Shown here piece after piece: positions 20,911 to 36,199 of a DNA stretch of 64,000 bases. A program made the position numbers and the translations under genes. Positions within the stretch are counted from its first letter, which is position 1; each line of letters starts with the position of its first letter. The stretch is from sequence record PQ390715.1. The stretch is one strand, 5' to 3'. A model generated the notes under the pieces. The model did no database searches and had not been told where the DNA came from. It worked only from the letters and a program-made list of their open reading frames with translations.

Positions 20911-20934
20911 AAAAAGGACGCGATATGCGTCCTT
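20911..20934 (-). terminator. Intrinsic terminator after uvsX-uvsY
   Basis: AAGGACGC-N5-GCGTCCTT followed by a T run on the minus strand. Confidence 0.75.
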
Positions 20935-20942
20935 AATGATAA

Positions 20943-21404
20943 TTATTCTAAACGTGCATCCTCAATACCAGCGGCACGTAGTCTCACAATATTGTTTAAC
21001 TGAAAAGCTTTCATCTCTAAGGATTTAACAATACTTGAATATGTATTTCTTATATAAGATACCTCGTTTATAAGTTCTGCTAACTCACAAACATCTTTAT
21101 CACCTTCAACATACTTTTTACAGTCAGATGAAGATAGTGCACGGCGGTATCCTTCGAGAAAGTATTTGAACTTCTCGGCTTGTACCTGACGCATTTCAAT
21201 TTCTAACATTTCCAATACTGCTTCAAGTTCTTGAAGCTGGCTTAGACGCGTCTCATGCCAGCCAGGAATCTCTTGAGCAATTTTTTCAATGATGCCAATC
21301 TTCTTTACTTCACGACGAGCTTCTTCAACTTCTTTGTTAAAGAACTCAATCATTTCAATAATTTTAGATTTATCATCTTTGATAATCCAATGCCAAGGTT
21401 TCAT
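20943..21404 (-). CDS. uvsY: Recombination mediator UvsY-like
   Basis: Helical 153 aa; C-terminal KSLEMKAFQLNNIVRLRAAG; coupled to uvsX. Confidence 0.8.
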   Translation of the reverse strand: MKPWHWIIKDDKSKIIEMIEFFNKEVEEARREVKKIGIIEKIAQEIPGWHETRLSQLQELEAVLEMLEIEMRQVQAEKFKYFLEGYRRALSSSDCKKYVEGDKDVCELAELINEVSYIRNTYSSIVKSLEMKAFQLNNIVRLRAAGIEDARLE

Positions 21405-22522
21405 TATTCCTCACTAATATCCACATCAGTACCAAAAGTTTCATCACCTTTTTCTTCTTCTTTAACTTCTTCAATCAAAGGATGATTTTTAAATTGATGC
21501 ATTACCAAATCAAGACATGAATCTTCATTACGCATCCACTCTTTGCGATATTTTAGAATCTGTTCGCCAGTTACAATATCAACATACAATAGACGGTTAC
21601 CTGATTTAGTGATTAGACCGTATTTTTCAAACATATCTAGTAGACCACTACGTGGGTCCATACCTTTATCCCAAGGAATTTTAATTTCTACATCTTCGAA
21701 CGGCTTGTTGTAACGAGTCTTCATGACTTTACATTTAGCACGAATACCATTTACTTCGGAAGTTTTATTTCCGTCTTCATCTTCTTTAAGTTTTAATTTA
21801 CCCATTGCGATAACCATAGATGAAGCATAAATCAAGCCACTACCACCTGAAACTTTAGGATCTGGGTTAAACATGTCCTGAGATTCATAACTGTGGTTAA
21901 CGCAAACCATACCAATGTTCAATGAACCAATAGAGTTTACACAGTTTGTGATATATGCTTTAAGCTGTTTGGGTTTATGACCCATGTCACCTTTAAGGTT
22001 ACCCGCTTTCATTTGATCATTGGCTACTTCAGTGTTTAGCATACCAATTGAATCAATAATAAACAATACTTTTTGACGTTCATCTTTAGGTGTATTTTCG
22101 TATTCTTTACGATATCCTTCAATGAACTCATAGGTGAATTTTGCAACGTCACCAATCATACCCATATTGACTTTCAAAAGTTTTTCTTCAGAAGTGTCAA
22201 CACCAAGTGCTTGAAGCCAATCTGAATCCAATGCGTTCTCTGAGTCAATCATAACAACAAAGATGCCTTGTTTTTGAGCTTCACGTGCAATATTACCAGA
22301 TACGATAAAAGATTTACCACTACCTGATTCACCAGCAAACATCGTTACTTTGCCTAGTGGGATACCACGGTCAAAATAGCCACTGATGCGATAATTTAGT
22401 GCATAGTTACCAGTACTAACCCATGTATCTGGATCATGAAAACCAACACTAACACCAGTATTCTTTTTAACACTACCAGTACTGTTTTTAAGAATGTTCG
22501 CAAAACCACTTGTCATTTTCAT
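21404..22522 (-). CDS. uvsX: RecA-like recombinase UvsX
   Basis: STGNYALN, AGESGSGKS, IDSENA, IIDSIGML, SGGSGLIYASS. Confidence 0.95.
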   Translation of the reverse strand: MKMTSGFANILKNSTGSVKKNTGVSVGFHDPDTWVSTGNYALNYRISGYFDRGIPLGKVTMFAGESGSGKSFIVSGNIAREAQKQGIFVVMIDSENALDSDWLQALGVDTSEEKLLKVNMGMIGDVAKFTYEFIEGYRKEYENTPKDERQKVLFIIDSIGMLNTEVANDQMKAGNLKGDMGHKPKQLKAYITNCVNSIGSLNIGMVCVNHSYESQDMFNPDPKVSGGSGLIYASSMVIAMGKLKLKEDEDGNKTSEVNGIRAKCKVMKTRYNKPFEDVEIKIPWDKGMDPRSGLLDMFEKYGLITKSGNRLLYVDIVTGEQILKYRKEWMRNEDSCLDLVMHQFKNHPLIEEVKEEEKGDETFGTDVDISEE

Positions 22523-22547
22523 AATTCGCTCCTTGAATTTTATGAAA

Positions 22548-22573
22548 TAAAACGGGGCAAACTCCGTTGCCCC
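22548..22573 (-). terminator. Intrinsic terminator after gp32
   Basis: GGGGCAA-N6-TTGCCCC followed by a T run on the minus strand. Confidence 0.75.
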
Positions 22574-22591
22574 TTAACTTTTCAAAAACTA

Positions 22592-23644
22592 TTACTTACC
22601 TTGTTGTTTCAAACGAGCAACTAGTGCAGATGCAGATAGTTGTTCTTTTGGTGCTTCAGGAGTGGTTGCTGCTGGGGTAGCGACTGGAGTTACTGGAGCA
22701 GCTTGTGGGGCTGGTGTAACTGGAGCAGTAGGTGCTACTGGTGCAGGTGCTGACTCTTGTTGTACTGGAGCAGGAGTTGGTTTTGATTCAGTAACAGTTC
22801 CAGAGTTAGGTTTTGGTACACCTGCTGGACGATATGCAAATGCCCAACGTGCTGGATCATATGCTTCACCATTTACTGATGCTTCGAACATTTCTTCAAT
22901 TGCTTTCAACTCTTCTGGAGTTGGTTGTTTTGGCATAAAATCATTTAGATTGTATAGGCCATATTTTTCAATTGCTGCTAGTTCTTCTTCGTTTAGTGGA
23001 CGCTCAGACATGGAGAATTGAGACATGTCGTAGCTATTATAACCACCACCATTCTTAGTTTTAACAATACCAAAATCACGACCTTGAACGTAGTGAGTTG
23101 GAGACTCTTTGATGCCTGGATTTAGCAGGATGGATTTAACTTTATCAAAGATATCTTTGTTAGCCAGAATACGACGAATTGGATTTTCTGGTGCAATGTC
23201 GTCTTTTACTGCAACGCTATCAGGAGCAATAAAACATTGCATTAGATAGGTTTTCTTCTTCCAGTAACGACCAGCCATTGCTTTTAGTTCTTCGTTCCCT
23301 GTTTCATTCGCACTTTGGAACCATTGACGTACTTCTTTCAGAACCGGACAGGATTTAGGAACCCACATTTCGTTACAAGGTACTTGAACGGTAACTTTAT
23401 CAGTGTGCATACCGACTACACCATTGAAAGTTAGGTTAATCATGTCACGTTCACGCCAGAAGAATGGGTTAGACTCATCTGCATCTGGTAGAAAACGTAG
23501 GTTTAGTGGTTCGTTATAAGGTACGTTCCAGAAAGCTAAGAACGAATCAGCTTTACGCTCTCCAATAAATGTACCATTCTTTTGAGCTTCTGCTTTTTCT
23601 TGTTCTGCTTTTAGGTGTGCACGAATTTCAGCTAGAGATTTCAT
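22592..23644 (-). CDS. Single-stranded DNA-binding protein (T4 gp32-like)
   Basis: MKSLAEIRAHLK, LRFLPD, PCNEMW...CPVL, YWKKK, GRDF, YDMSQF; Pro/Ala-rich tail. Confidence 0.88.
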   Translation of the reverse strand: MKSLAEIRAHLKAEQEKAEAQKNGTFIGERKADSFLAFWNVPYNEPLNLRFLPDADESNPFFWRERDMINLTFNGVVGMHTDKVTVQVPCNEMWVPKSCPVLKEVRQWFQSANETGNEELKAMAGRYWKKKTYLMQCFIAPDSVAVKDDIAPENPIRRILANKDIFDKVKSILLNPGIKESPTHYVQGRDFGIVKTKNGGGYNSYDMSQFSMSERPLNEEELAAIEKYGLYNLNDFMPKQPTPEELKAIEEMFEASVNGEAYDPARWAFAYRPAGVPKPNSGTVTESKPTPAPVQQESAPAPVAPTAPVTPAPQAAPVTPVATPAATTPEAPKEQLSASALVARLKQQGK

Positions 23645-23731
23645 ATATATCTTCCTTGATTTTGGGTTTCTTTGTTATTTGTTAATTGGCTTCAATGTTT
23701 CAGAAACTTCATTGTTCCTTCAACGTTTTAC

Positions 23732-23760
23732 ATTATAGCACAGGTTTTTATACTGTCCCA
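23732..23760 (-). promoter_or_regulatory. Phage promoter TGGGACA-N16-TATAAT (gp32 proximal)
   Basis: Exact motif copy. Confidence 0.85.
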
Positions 23761-23771
23761 TATTTTTTTAA

Positions 23772-29029
<5,258 letters not shown>

Positions 29030-29038
29030 TCATTGATA

Positions 29039-29067
29039 ATTATAGCACATCTTGAATCACTTTCCCA
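29039..29067 (-). promoter_or_regulatory. Phage promoter TGGGAAA-N16-TATAAT for rnh
   Basis: Motif copy; two divergent GATAAATA late-type boxes follow on the plus strand. Confidence 0.78.
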
Positions 29068-29190
29068 GATTTGATAAATAATATCATAGAAATTCATTAA
29101 ATATCTCAGTAAATTTAAATGCTAGTGATATTTTTTGATAAATAACTTTAAGCAGGATATACCTGCACAAAATTTGACAAGGAGATTTTC

Positions 29191-29790
29191 ATGAGTCTTA
29201 ATTCTTTTAACCGTAACTATGGTATGTCTAGCGTTGCTCGCGAATGGTGGGGTGGTAATAACGGTTTCGTTACCATCGTAATCGATCTACCAACTGATGT
29301 TGAACTAGGTACTACCAAAGTTACTTCTGACGGTTCTGATGTTCAAGCTGAAGCGTATCAAACTGCTCTAAGTAATGCTCAATATAACCTATTCATGGTT
29401 ACCCAACTACTACAACAACGTGCAGTTCTAGTTACTACCTCTCTACTAGCTCTTGATTCAGAAGTTGTTATTCCTGCTGATTTCAAAAATGCTAATCCAA
29501 ACGTAGTTGCGTTCGGCACTAGTGGTGCTGATGTAGCAGGTGGTGCTAATTCTGTTGCATTGACTTTCATCTGTGAACGTCAAGACGTATTTAACAAGCA
29601 AGAAGTTCGTCCTGGTTCAGCATGTCCTGCTCCAGTTGATCCAACTGTTGACCTAGCTAAGTCTATCGCTCAAGCTAAAGTTTTCCGTACCAAAACTTTC
29701 GTAAGTCAAGGTACTGATGGTGTTGGTGATGCAGGTGCATCTACTGCTGTAGCAATTAAAGTACGTGCTGCTCTTCCTGTTCAACTATAA
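29191..29790 (+). CDS. Late structural protein (possible head decoration), paralog 1
   Basis: Strong RBS, high-expression codon usage, tandem TTTGATAAATA boxes upstream; QQRAV...TF.CER..VFNK shared with the next gene. Confidence 0.6.
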   Translation: MSLNSFNRNYGMSSVAREWWGGNNGFVTIVIDLPTDVELGTTKVTSDGSDVQAEAYQTALSNAQYNLFMVTQLLQQRAVLVTTSLLALDSEVVIPADFKNANPNVVAFGTSGADVAGGANSVALTFICERQDVFNKQEVRPGSACPAPVDPTVDLAKSIAQAKVFRTKTFVSQGTDGVGDAGASTAVAIKVRAALPVQL

Positions 29791-29804
29791 TAGGAGGATA
29801 GATT

Positions 29805-30494
29805 ATGTCATATACTAATACTTCTTTTGAACGTATCAATGGTTATTCCTTTGAACGTATTCTAGGTTACTTTTGTGGCACTAACGCCCTAGCATCCATT
29901 GCTATCAGTAAGCTAGGAGACGTAAACGTTCTAGTTACTGGTGCAGTTTCTTCTTATGCTGGTCTACAACGTTTTCTAAACACTGATATTCCAGAAGAAA
30001 TTCTAGCATATCTAAATGATAAAGGTATCAAACGTATTGATGGAACTGCATTTGTTCTTGGCACACTAGAAGCTGATTACAATGCATCTTATGCAGCACA
30101 AACTAACGTTAAACGTATTGTCGATGTTGTTCAACAACGTGCGGTTATCATCGCTACCTCTAACATCGCAGGTAATGGTCTTGAAGTATTTCCAGTTACT
30201 GGTTTCACCAACGCACCTGATGGTGTATTGAGTGCAGGTTCAGTTAGTATTGCTGATGCTTCTGTTGTTACCTTCCTAGTTGAACGTGCGGGTGTCTTTA
30301 ACAAAGATCTTAAATCACCACAAGGTGTACCAAGTACTGAATCCGAAGAAGGCCGTCTACTAATTGATGATCTAACTGGTGTTCCACTACTTGCTAAAGA
30401 TGGTGTTACCGAAGTTTACCTACGTTCCCAATCTGCTGATGCAGCAGGTGATTTCGGTGTTAAACTTTTCCAATACATCCCAGCATTGGTTTAA
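29805..30494 (+). CDS. Late structural protein (possible head decoration), paralog 2
   Basis: VQQRAVIIATS...VTFLVERAGVFNK similar to the previous gene. Confidence 0.6.
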   Translation: MSYTNTSFERINGYSFERILGYFCGTNALASIAISKLGDVNVLVTGAVSSYAGLQRFLNTDIPEEILAYLNDKGIKRIDGTAFVLGTLEADYNASYAAQTNVKRIVDVVQQRAVIIATSNIAGNGLEVFPVTGFTNAPDGVLSAGSVSIADASVVTFLVERAGVFNKDLKSPQGVPSTESEEGRLLIDDLTGVPLLAKDGVTEVYLRSQSADAAGDFGVKLFQYIPALV

Positions 30495-30507
30495 TATTTT
30501 TCAAAAG

Positions 30508-30537
30508 AAAAGGAGAGCATTTGCTCTCTTTTTTTTA
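30508..30537. terminator. Bidirectional terminator
   Basis: GAGAGC-attt-GCTCTC with A and T runs, between convergent genes. Confidence 0.8.
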
Positions 30538-30541
30538 TATG

Positions 30542-31279
30542 TTATCTATATGAACGAAATCCTTCAGGCAAACCAGGTAGCTTGTCTAATCCTTCGTTCG
30601 CACTCACCAGCTTTGTGTCGTAATCATCACTGAAATCATCCGTAGCAAGTTTACGCCCCAAGTCTCTCACAAAGTTATCGATAATTTCTTCTTCATCATT
30701 TCCTGGATGACCTTCAGCTTTCAACTTTTTCCAGAAATATTCATTATAGTCAAATACAAACTCAACTTCATTAGTTTCAGGATCAAGAACAACATCCAAA
30801 TCAATCCAAGGTTCTTTACGAAGTGTGTATATTTCCTTAGAATATTCACTTTGTGTGATTTCATCGTAACGATATGCAAATTCAATAGCCTTAAGCCTTT
30901 TTTCATCACCTTCTGGCATTAACTCAATGATTTCCATATCATATTCTTTTTCTGTAATAACTCCAATACTTAGTTTTGCATCAAGAACTTTAACATCATA
31001 CTGTTCACGAGTAATTTTAGAATATTTTAGTTCAACATCAAGTACAGCAATTAGATATTCCAAATCTCCAATTACGCTATATTTCTTTTTAATATCCAAT
31101 TGGGCCACTTCAACTTCATATGGAGTTAGATATGTCAATTCAGCAACTTTCATATCAGCTTCATAATCATCATTGTAGTAGTATGCTTTAGCTATCTCTT
31201 TTGCCTTTCCAGAAAGTCCCCAGTGAGCAGGGACCATCCAAAATGGAATAAATTTCTTTTTAGCCATTTTTCTTACCAA
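30542..31279 (-). CDS. Hypothetical protein
   Basis: 245 aa; short repeated helical I(T/G)..EY motifs. Confidence 0.75.
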   Translation of the reverse strand: MVRKMAKKKFIPFWMVPAHWGLSGKAKEIAKAYYYNDDYEADMKVAELTYLTPYEVEVAQLDIKKKYSVIGDLEYLIAVLDVELKYSKITREQYDVKVLDAKLSIGVITEKEYDMEIIELMPEGDEKRLKAIEFAYRYDEITQSEYSKEIYTLRKEPWIDLDVVLDPETNEVEFVFDYNEYFWKKLKAEGHPGNDEEEIIDNFVRDLGRKLATDDFSDDYDTKLVSANEGLDKLPGLPEGFRSYR

Positions 31280-31559
31280 AAATCTCTTCGATTTTCATTA
31301 CATAATATGTATCTTCGCCGCCACCAAGATCTTCAGTCAGTGGTGTGTTCAAAGATGAACGACCAAACACAACCATATCACCTTCTTTAATATTATGTTC
31401 TGCAAGTTGTCCGTTCGGAAGAATTTTACCTGGACCAACGGAAATTACCATCCCAATACATGGTGGTTCAACATTACCTAGAATAATACCACCAGTACTT
31501 TTATTCTGTGCTTCAATTTGTCGAACAAGAACGTAATCATTAATCATTTTAATTTTCAT
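31260..31559 (-). CDS. groES: GroES-like co-chaperonin
   Basis: DYVLVR, KSTGGIIL, VISVGPG, IKEGDMVVF; start re-assigned to MKIKMIND (GGAGG RBS). Confidence 0.92.
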   Translation of the reverse strand: MKIKMINDYVLVRQIEAQNKSTGGIILGNVEPPCIGMVISVGPGKILPNGQLAEHNIKEGDMVVFGRSSLNTPLTEDLGGGEDTYYVMKIEEIFGKKNG

Positions 31560-31560
31560 A

Positions 31561-31767
31561 TCAGTAACCTCCAGTATTTGCAAACCATTTTCCACGGAAA
31601 TAAAGATTAGCACCCTTATCACCTGGAGTGAACACTTCCAACTTCATAGTTTTTTCACCATTACATTTAGGACAATCATGAGGTTCATCACGATTTGCAA
31701 TTTTAACAATTTTTTCCATGCTATGTTTGCATTCTTCTTTTTCACAACGATATGTATATAATGGCAT
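31561..31767 (-). CDS. FmdB-family zinc-ribbon protein
   Basis: MPLYTYRC..C.H......CPKC...F.G..WF...Y. Confidence 0.85.
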   Translation of the reverse strand: MPLYTYRCEKEECKHSMEKIVKIANRDEPHDCPKCNGEKTMKLEVFTPGDKGANLYFRGKWFANTGGY

Positions 31768-31802
31768 TTTGTATTCCTTTACTTTTTAAATCAAACTAAT
31801 TT

Positions 31803-31831
31803 GGGGAACATAGTGTTCCCCGTTATTTATA
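31803..31831 (-). terminator. Hairpin plus adjacent TATAAATA late promoter
   Basis: GGGGAACA-tag-TGTTCCCC; TATAAATA (minus) at 31824-31831. Confidence 0.6.
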
Positions 31832-32563
31832 TTAGCAGCCAGTTACGTAAAATTTGTATACTGCAATTCCAGTATCTAGTGTTACATTTAGCATACCAGT
31901 TTTAGTAATACCAAGTGATACTGATTCGGCATTAGATACGCGAGATAATGCTTGAAGTACGCGATCAATATTATAACCAAAACCAAGACCTAATTCACCT
32001 TCAGTTTTAGAAAAAGCTAGAGAACCAACGTGGTTACTTTTGTTTTTCTCACCAACGTGAAAGTATAGGGTGTCGCCTTCAGTATACGGAGTTACAAGAG
32101 AACTAAAAGATTTAAATACACCAGAAAAACTCTTTAGTTCCTGAACTTTTGCTGCACTAGGAATAACCTGTACGTCATATGGTTGTTCATGAAAACGTGG
32201 TTGAACTGGAATAAGTTTTTCAGCTTGTACCATAAATGTAGTGCTTGCATCTTCAGATTTAAATGCCAGACTTTTAACTGAACCATCTTTAACATTTGAT
32301 GTGATTGTGGTTCCTTCGGTACTGTATGTTTTTAGAGACATTAGACCCTGAAGAAGACCTAGATTACCTAAGCCAAAACGACCCTGAACTTCAGGAACAT
32401 CTTCTTTAGTATATGCTCGCATTACAAGAGTTCGGTCATCTGTGTACGCTTCTAGATATACACGTTGTCCTTCACCACGGTCTTCACTGCTTACTGCAAT
32501 ACAAGAGAAGTCAATACCACTGGTTGTGTTTACGAGGTCACGTAGTACGTTGCGTAGATCCAT
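31832..32563 (-). CDS. Sliding clamp (T4 gp45-like)
   Basis: 243 aa, two-domain alpha/beta pattern, FGLGNLGLL; located downstream of the polymerase. Confidence 0.7.
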   Translation of the reverse strand: MDLRNVLRDLVNTTSGIDFSCIAVSSEDRGEGQRVYLEAYTDDRTLVMRAYTKEDVPEVQGRFGLGNLGLLQGLMSLKTYSTEGTTITSNVKDGSVKSLAFKSEDASTTFMVQAEKLIPVQPRFHEQPYDVQVIPSAAKVQELKSFSGVFKSFSSLVTPYTEGDTLYFHVGEKNKSNHVGSLAFSKTEGELGLGFGYNIDRVLQALSRVSNAESVSLGITKTGMLNVTLDTGIAVYKFYVTGC

Positions 32564-32664
32564 TATATAATTCTCCGTTTTATTTGTTAATCAAAAAATG
32601 TTTTTATGTAAGATTACTACAAGCACCATTATATCTCAAAAATGATGCTTGTCTCAATTTTTTA

Positions 32665-32964
32665 TCAGTATTTTGTATTCCAACGTTGAAGATAAGGCTT
32701 ATCAATTGTAGAACTCATGCCAATTTTATCGCGTAATTTTTTCAAGTCTTTTAATGTATGTACATCATCGACAAAAACAACTTTACGCTTTTTCACAAGA
32801 GTGTAAACATCAGCAATCTCTCCGTCAACTTCCACTGAACCAGTGCGAGTAAAACCCGCACCAATTAGAACTACTTCTTCATCATTATCATATGCTAGTA
32901 CAGAATTAATGATACCATTACCTTCTAATACTTCACCAATACGCTTATATATATTACTCATCAT
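32665..32964 (-). CDS. Hypothetical protein
   Basis: 99 aa ORF. Confidence 0.7.
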   Translation of the reverse strand: MMSNIYKRIGEVLEGNGIINSVLAYDNDEEVVLIGAGFTRTGSVEVDGEIADVYTLVKKRKVVFVDDVHTLKDLKKLRDKIGMSSTIDKPYLQRWNTKY

Positions 32965-33103
32965 TTTTACCTTGTAATGAAGTCCATTCTACATATTTTT
33001 CCCATGCCTCATTTACACTTTCTTCAGTAAGATTCAACATCTCATTAGTGAAAGTATCGTTTACTTCGTCATAGTTTAGTTCAATTTCATTTACAATAAC
33101 CAT
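32954..33103 (-). CDS. Small acidic hypothetical protein (49 aa, not in ORF track)
   Basis: Manual translation MVIVNEIELNYDEVNDTF...SLQGKNDE*; GGAG RBS; fills the gap after the polymerase. Confidence 0.65.
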   Translation of the reverse strand: MVIVNEIELNYDEVNDTFTNEMLNLTEESVNEAWEKYVEWTSLQGKNDE

Positions 33104-33114
33104 ATTATTACTCC

Positions 33115-36100
33115 TTACCAAGTGAAGAATCCATTGTTTACTGACGCAGTACTTTTTTCATGAATACCAATATCCATATCCAAAATACCAAAAATATTCT
33201 CTAATTTTTTAGTTAGAACAATCTCTTCCATTTTTTCAGTATCAAATGGTAGTTCCAAGAACCATTCTGGAAGATACTCGACACAGTCAATTGGATAACC
33301 AACAGCTTTAATTCCCATAGGATTATCTTTTAAGTTACAGACAATTACTTTTGTTCCATCCGTTACTTCTGGTACAGATTTATCATCATAAACTTCACGT
33401 AGACGGTTCCATTGGATACCAGCAAGAACGTGACCAACTTTACACTTACCAGTTAGCTGATATTCAGCCTCTAAATTAGTGTAGTTTTTTACAGTTTTTG
33501 GTGAACCTTTTTCATGTACAGGCATATCCTTAAATACGTCCTTAAACTCACGTACACGCTGTTTTAGCTGTTGTTCACTCTCACCTACCAGTAATGCGAT
33601 TAGAGTCTCTTCTAGGAAGTTCTGGATGTATTTTGGCGTGTCTGAGCGTTTAATTTCAAGACCCATCGCTTTGATTTCACCTGGTTTACCATCAATATCT
33701 TTACGGAACCCATCTTCCCAGTACTTCAGAATTGCATAACGTTTTTTCTTCAAGAATAGGCCACGCGAACCAACCATCTCAAGGTCTGCACCAACAATCT
33801 TACCTTTTTCAATACCAGTGTTGAACATCTCATGCATAAATGATGGGAAAGATTCACCAACTTCTTCACCAATTTTAATATACATATCAACAATCTCTTC
33901 TTTAGATAGATTATATGGAATACCTTGTTCTTTCAGATAATGAGTTACACTAAAGTAAACTGAGTCAGTATCACCATAAATTACTGAACCACCTTGGTGG
34001 TTATATACACCAGTAGTAATTTCATTGATACGACTTGCCATATGTTTGGTCATAGAACGTCCAGTTAATGTTACGGATTGACCTAAACGTTTGTCAAAAA
34101 AACGAGAACCTTTGTTCAATAGTGCACCATATAGACTGTTTAGAAGAATCTTACGAATCTGTTGGTTCTGTTTCCAGAAAGCACTACGTTGTTTGAAGTA
34201 ATCTTTTTCTTCTTTAGGACAGAAAATACGACCATCTTTTAGTACTAATCCGTTTTCTACAATCAACTTAGCAACTTCATCCCACTGTCCTTTACCAATT
34301 TCTTTACGAAGTAAGTATACAGGATCATTATCATGAATATTAGTTCTAAACATTGTACCAGGGGTATAGTTTGATAGTAGTGGTTCAACTTTTTCATAGC
34401 CATTAAACTCCCAACCATCAGTATACATATGTTTGTAGTCAATGACCATTTTTTGCTGTGCTTTACGTTCAGAATACCATTGAGTTAGAATGTCAGGAAT
34501 TACACCAGACTTAGACTTATCAAAAAGTGTTCCGTTTGCACTAAGTACAATAGTACTATCTTCTGCAAAAATAATATCATATAGCTCTTTGCCCGTTGCT
34601 TTAAAAGAACTCCCATCTTCTAAATCAACAATCAATGTTTCTTCTGACTTTTCATGAACCATTGTAAATTCAACAGCAGCAAATAAACCATGCCATGCCG
34701 CAGTCCAATCTGGTTCAAATGATTTAGATTTAGATTTGTTCTTCTGTTCTTGGATTTTAGCTGCAAGATACGCATCGGTGTAATCTTGACGTAATTGACC
34801 AAGAATACATTCAGTACTCATACCCAAAGTACGTAGAACAGTAGGGTAAAGAGAGTTAAAGTCAGTACACCCAAGGTCACTTACAAGTCCTAGTACTGGA
34901 TCTTGTACCCATGCACCTGCTGCTTTTGCACTAATTTTCTCATCTTCATCTTCACCATCTTCACCATAATATTCCATTTCTGGATCAAACTCAAGATCAT
35001 CTTTCGGTGCTTTGTTGAAAACAACTTCACCACGAGTATGTGCTAAGTTGATAATAGCAGTGTCGATTAGTGCTACTGAACCCATTGTTGTACTGATAAG
35101 TACACATTCTTTGTGTGCAAGTCGATTGTGTAGGTTGATATAGTCACATTTAGCATCAATCTTTTTAAGAAGAATACTATCCTGTTTAGAATAACGCAAG
35201 AAAGTAATGTAATCCTCTCTGTAAAGTTTATCCAATGAACCTTCATATGATACTTTATTTTCTTTAGTTACTTTTTCAGCAATATAATCTAGTTTATAAG
35301 ATTGTTCAACTTGACCAGCATGTTTCTTATACAAAGCCAAATAATCAAGATGGACGCGACCTATCAGATCATATGTTTGAACAGTTTTACCAAAGTTGTC
35401 TGCTTCACGGGAATTTGGTTTTTTATTCCATAAACACCAACGAGCAGTTGTTGCTTCATTGAAGATTTTTTTAGTTCGATTGATCATATATGGAATATCA
35501 AAGAATTCACTATTCCATCCTGAAATAACATCAGAATCATCAATTAAACTAAAGAATTCCATAAACATTTCCTTTTCGTCTGTATATAAAATTACAGTAC
35601 TGTTAGGATCGTTTGTTTCTTCATTTAGTTGGCGAACAATATCTTGTGCTTCATAAATTTCCATATCAGCAGGTGGTAAAGTAAGTACATAATCCTTTCC
35701 AGTCCATGATTGATATAGAGAAATAGCGGTTACTCGGTTAAACGGGTCTGATGGTGGAGCATAACCAAATTTCTTATGGAAATCAGTCTCGATATCGAAG
35801 AACACGATGTTCAAATCGGGTGAACCTTTTCCCATATATTCTTTAGCTAATGTTTTAAATGTAATGTTACAATCACTTTCAAAAATACGTAGACCTTCAC
35901 TTTTGTGTTGCTCTACACTTTTATTCATTTGAGCTTGAGTTTGAAACTCAAAATGTTTAGCCATTGTACCATAAACAGTTTTATGTGTTCCTTGTGGGGA
36001 TTCAACATAATATTCATATACTGGTTCTAATTCGCGTAGAATACGTTTACCATTCTTACGTTCAACTACATGAAGAATATCACCAGTACGTTTACGTTCC

Positions 36101-36120
36101 ATATAAGCATCGATATACAT
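33115..36120 (-). CDS. DNA polymerase, family B (T4 gp43-like)
   Basis: FDIET, GWNSEFFD, DFNSLYP, KILLNSLYG, YGDTDS, KKRYA. Confidence 0.97.
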   Translation of the reverse strand: MYIDAYMERKRTGDILHVVERKNGKRILRELEPVYEYYVESPQGTHKTVYGTMAKHFEFQTQAQMNKSVEQHKSEGLRIFESDCNITFKTLAKEYMGKGSPDLNIVFFDIETDFHKKFGYAPPSDPFNRVTAISLYQSWTGKDYVLTLPPADMEIYEAQDIVRQLNEETNDPNSTVILYTDEKEMFMEFFSLIDDSDVISGWNSEFFDIPYMINRTKKIFNEATTARWCLWNKKPNSREADNFGKTVQTYDLIGRVHLDYLALYKKHAGQVEQSYKLDYIAEKVTKENKVSYEGSLDKLYREDYITFLRYSKQDSILLKKIDAKCDYINLHNRLAHKECVLISTTMGSVALIDTAIINLAHTRGEVVFNKAPKDDLEFDPEMEYYGEDGEDEDEKISAKAAGAWVQDPVLGLVSDLGCTDFNSLYPTVLRTLGMSTECILGQLRQDYTDAYLAAKIQEQKNKSKSKSFEPDWTAAWHGLFAAVEFTMVHEKSEETLIVDLEDGSSFKATGKELYDIIFAEDSTIVLSANGTLFDKSKSGVIPDILTQWYSERKAQQKMVIDYKHMYTDGWEFNGYEKVEPLLSNYTPGTMFRTNIHDNDPVYLLRKEIGKGQWDEVAKLIVENGLVLKDGRIFCPKEEKDYFKQRSAFWKQNQQIRKILLNSLYGALLNKGSRFFDKRLGQSVTLTGRSMTKHMASRINEITTGVYNHQGGSVIYGDTDSVYFSVTHYLKEQGIPYNLSKEEIVDMYIKIGEEVGESFPSFMHEMFNTGIEKGKIVGADLEMVGSRGLFLKKKRYAILKYWEDGFRKDIDGKPGEIKAMGLEIKRSDTPKYIQNFLEETLIALLVGESEQQLKQRVREFKDVFKDMPVHEKGSPKTVKNYTNLEAEYQLTGKCKVGHVLAGIQWNRLREVYDDKSVPEVTDGTKVIVCNLKDNPMGIKAVGYPIDCVEYLPEWFLELPFDTEKMEEIVLTKKLENIFGILDMDIGIHEKSTASVNNGFFTW

Positions 36121-36150
36121 CGTTTGTATTCCCTTACGTTTATTAAGTTA

Positions 36151-36177
36151 AAAAGAAAGCCTCCGTCATTGGAGGCT
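36151..36177 (-). terminator. Intrinsic terminator
   Basis: AGCCTCC-N6-GGAGGCT followed by a T run on the minus strand. Confidence 0.75.
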
Positions 36178-36199
36178 ATTTAATATATTTTAGTACTAA

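Noticed and set aside
22660-22800. Repetitive GC-richer tract in the gp32 gene
   Set aside because: Explained by a Pro/Ala/Thr low-complexity protein linker, not a DNA repeat element.
31260-31559. GroES without GroEL
   Set aside because: Expected: T4-like phages encode a co-chaperonin (gp31) that uses host GroEL for capsid folding.
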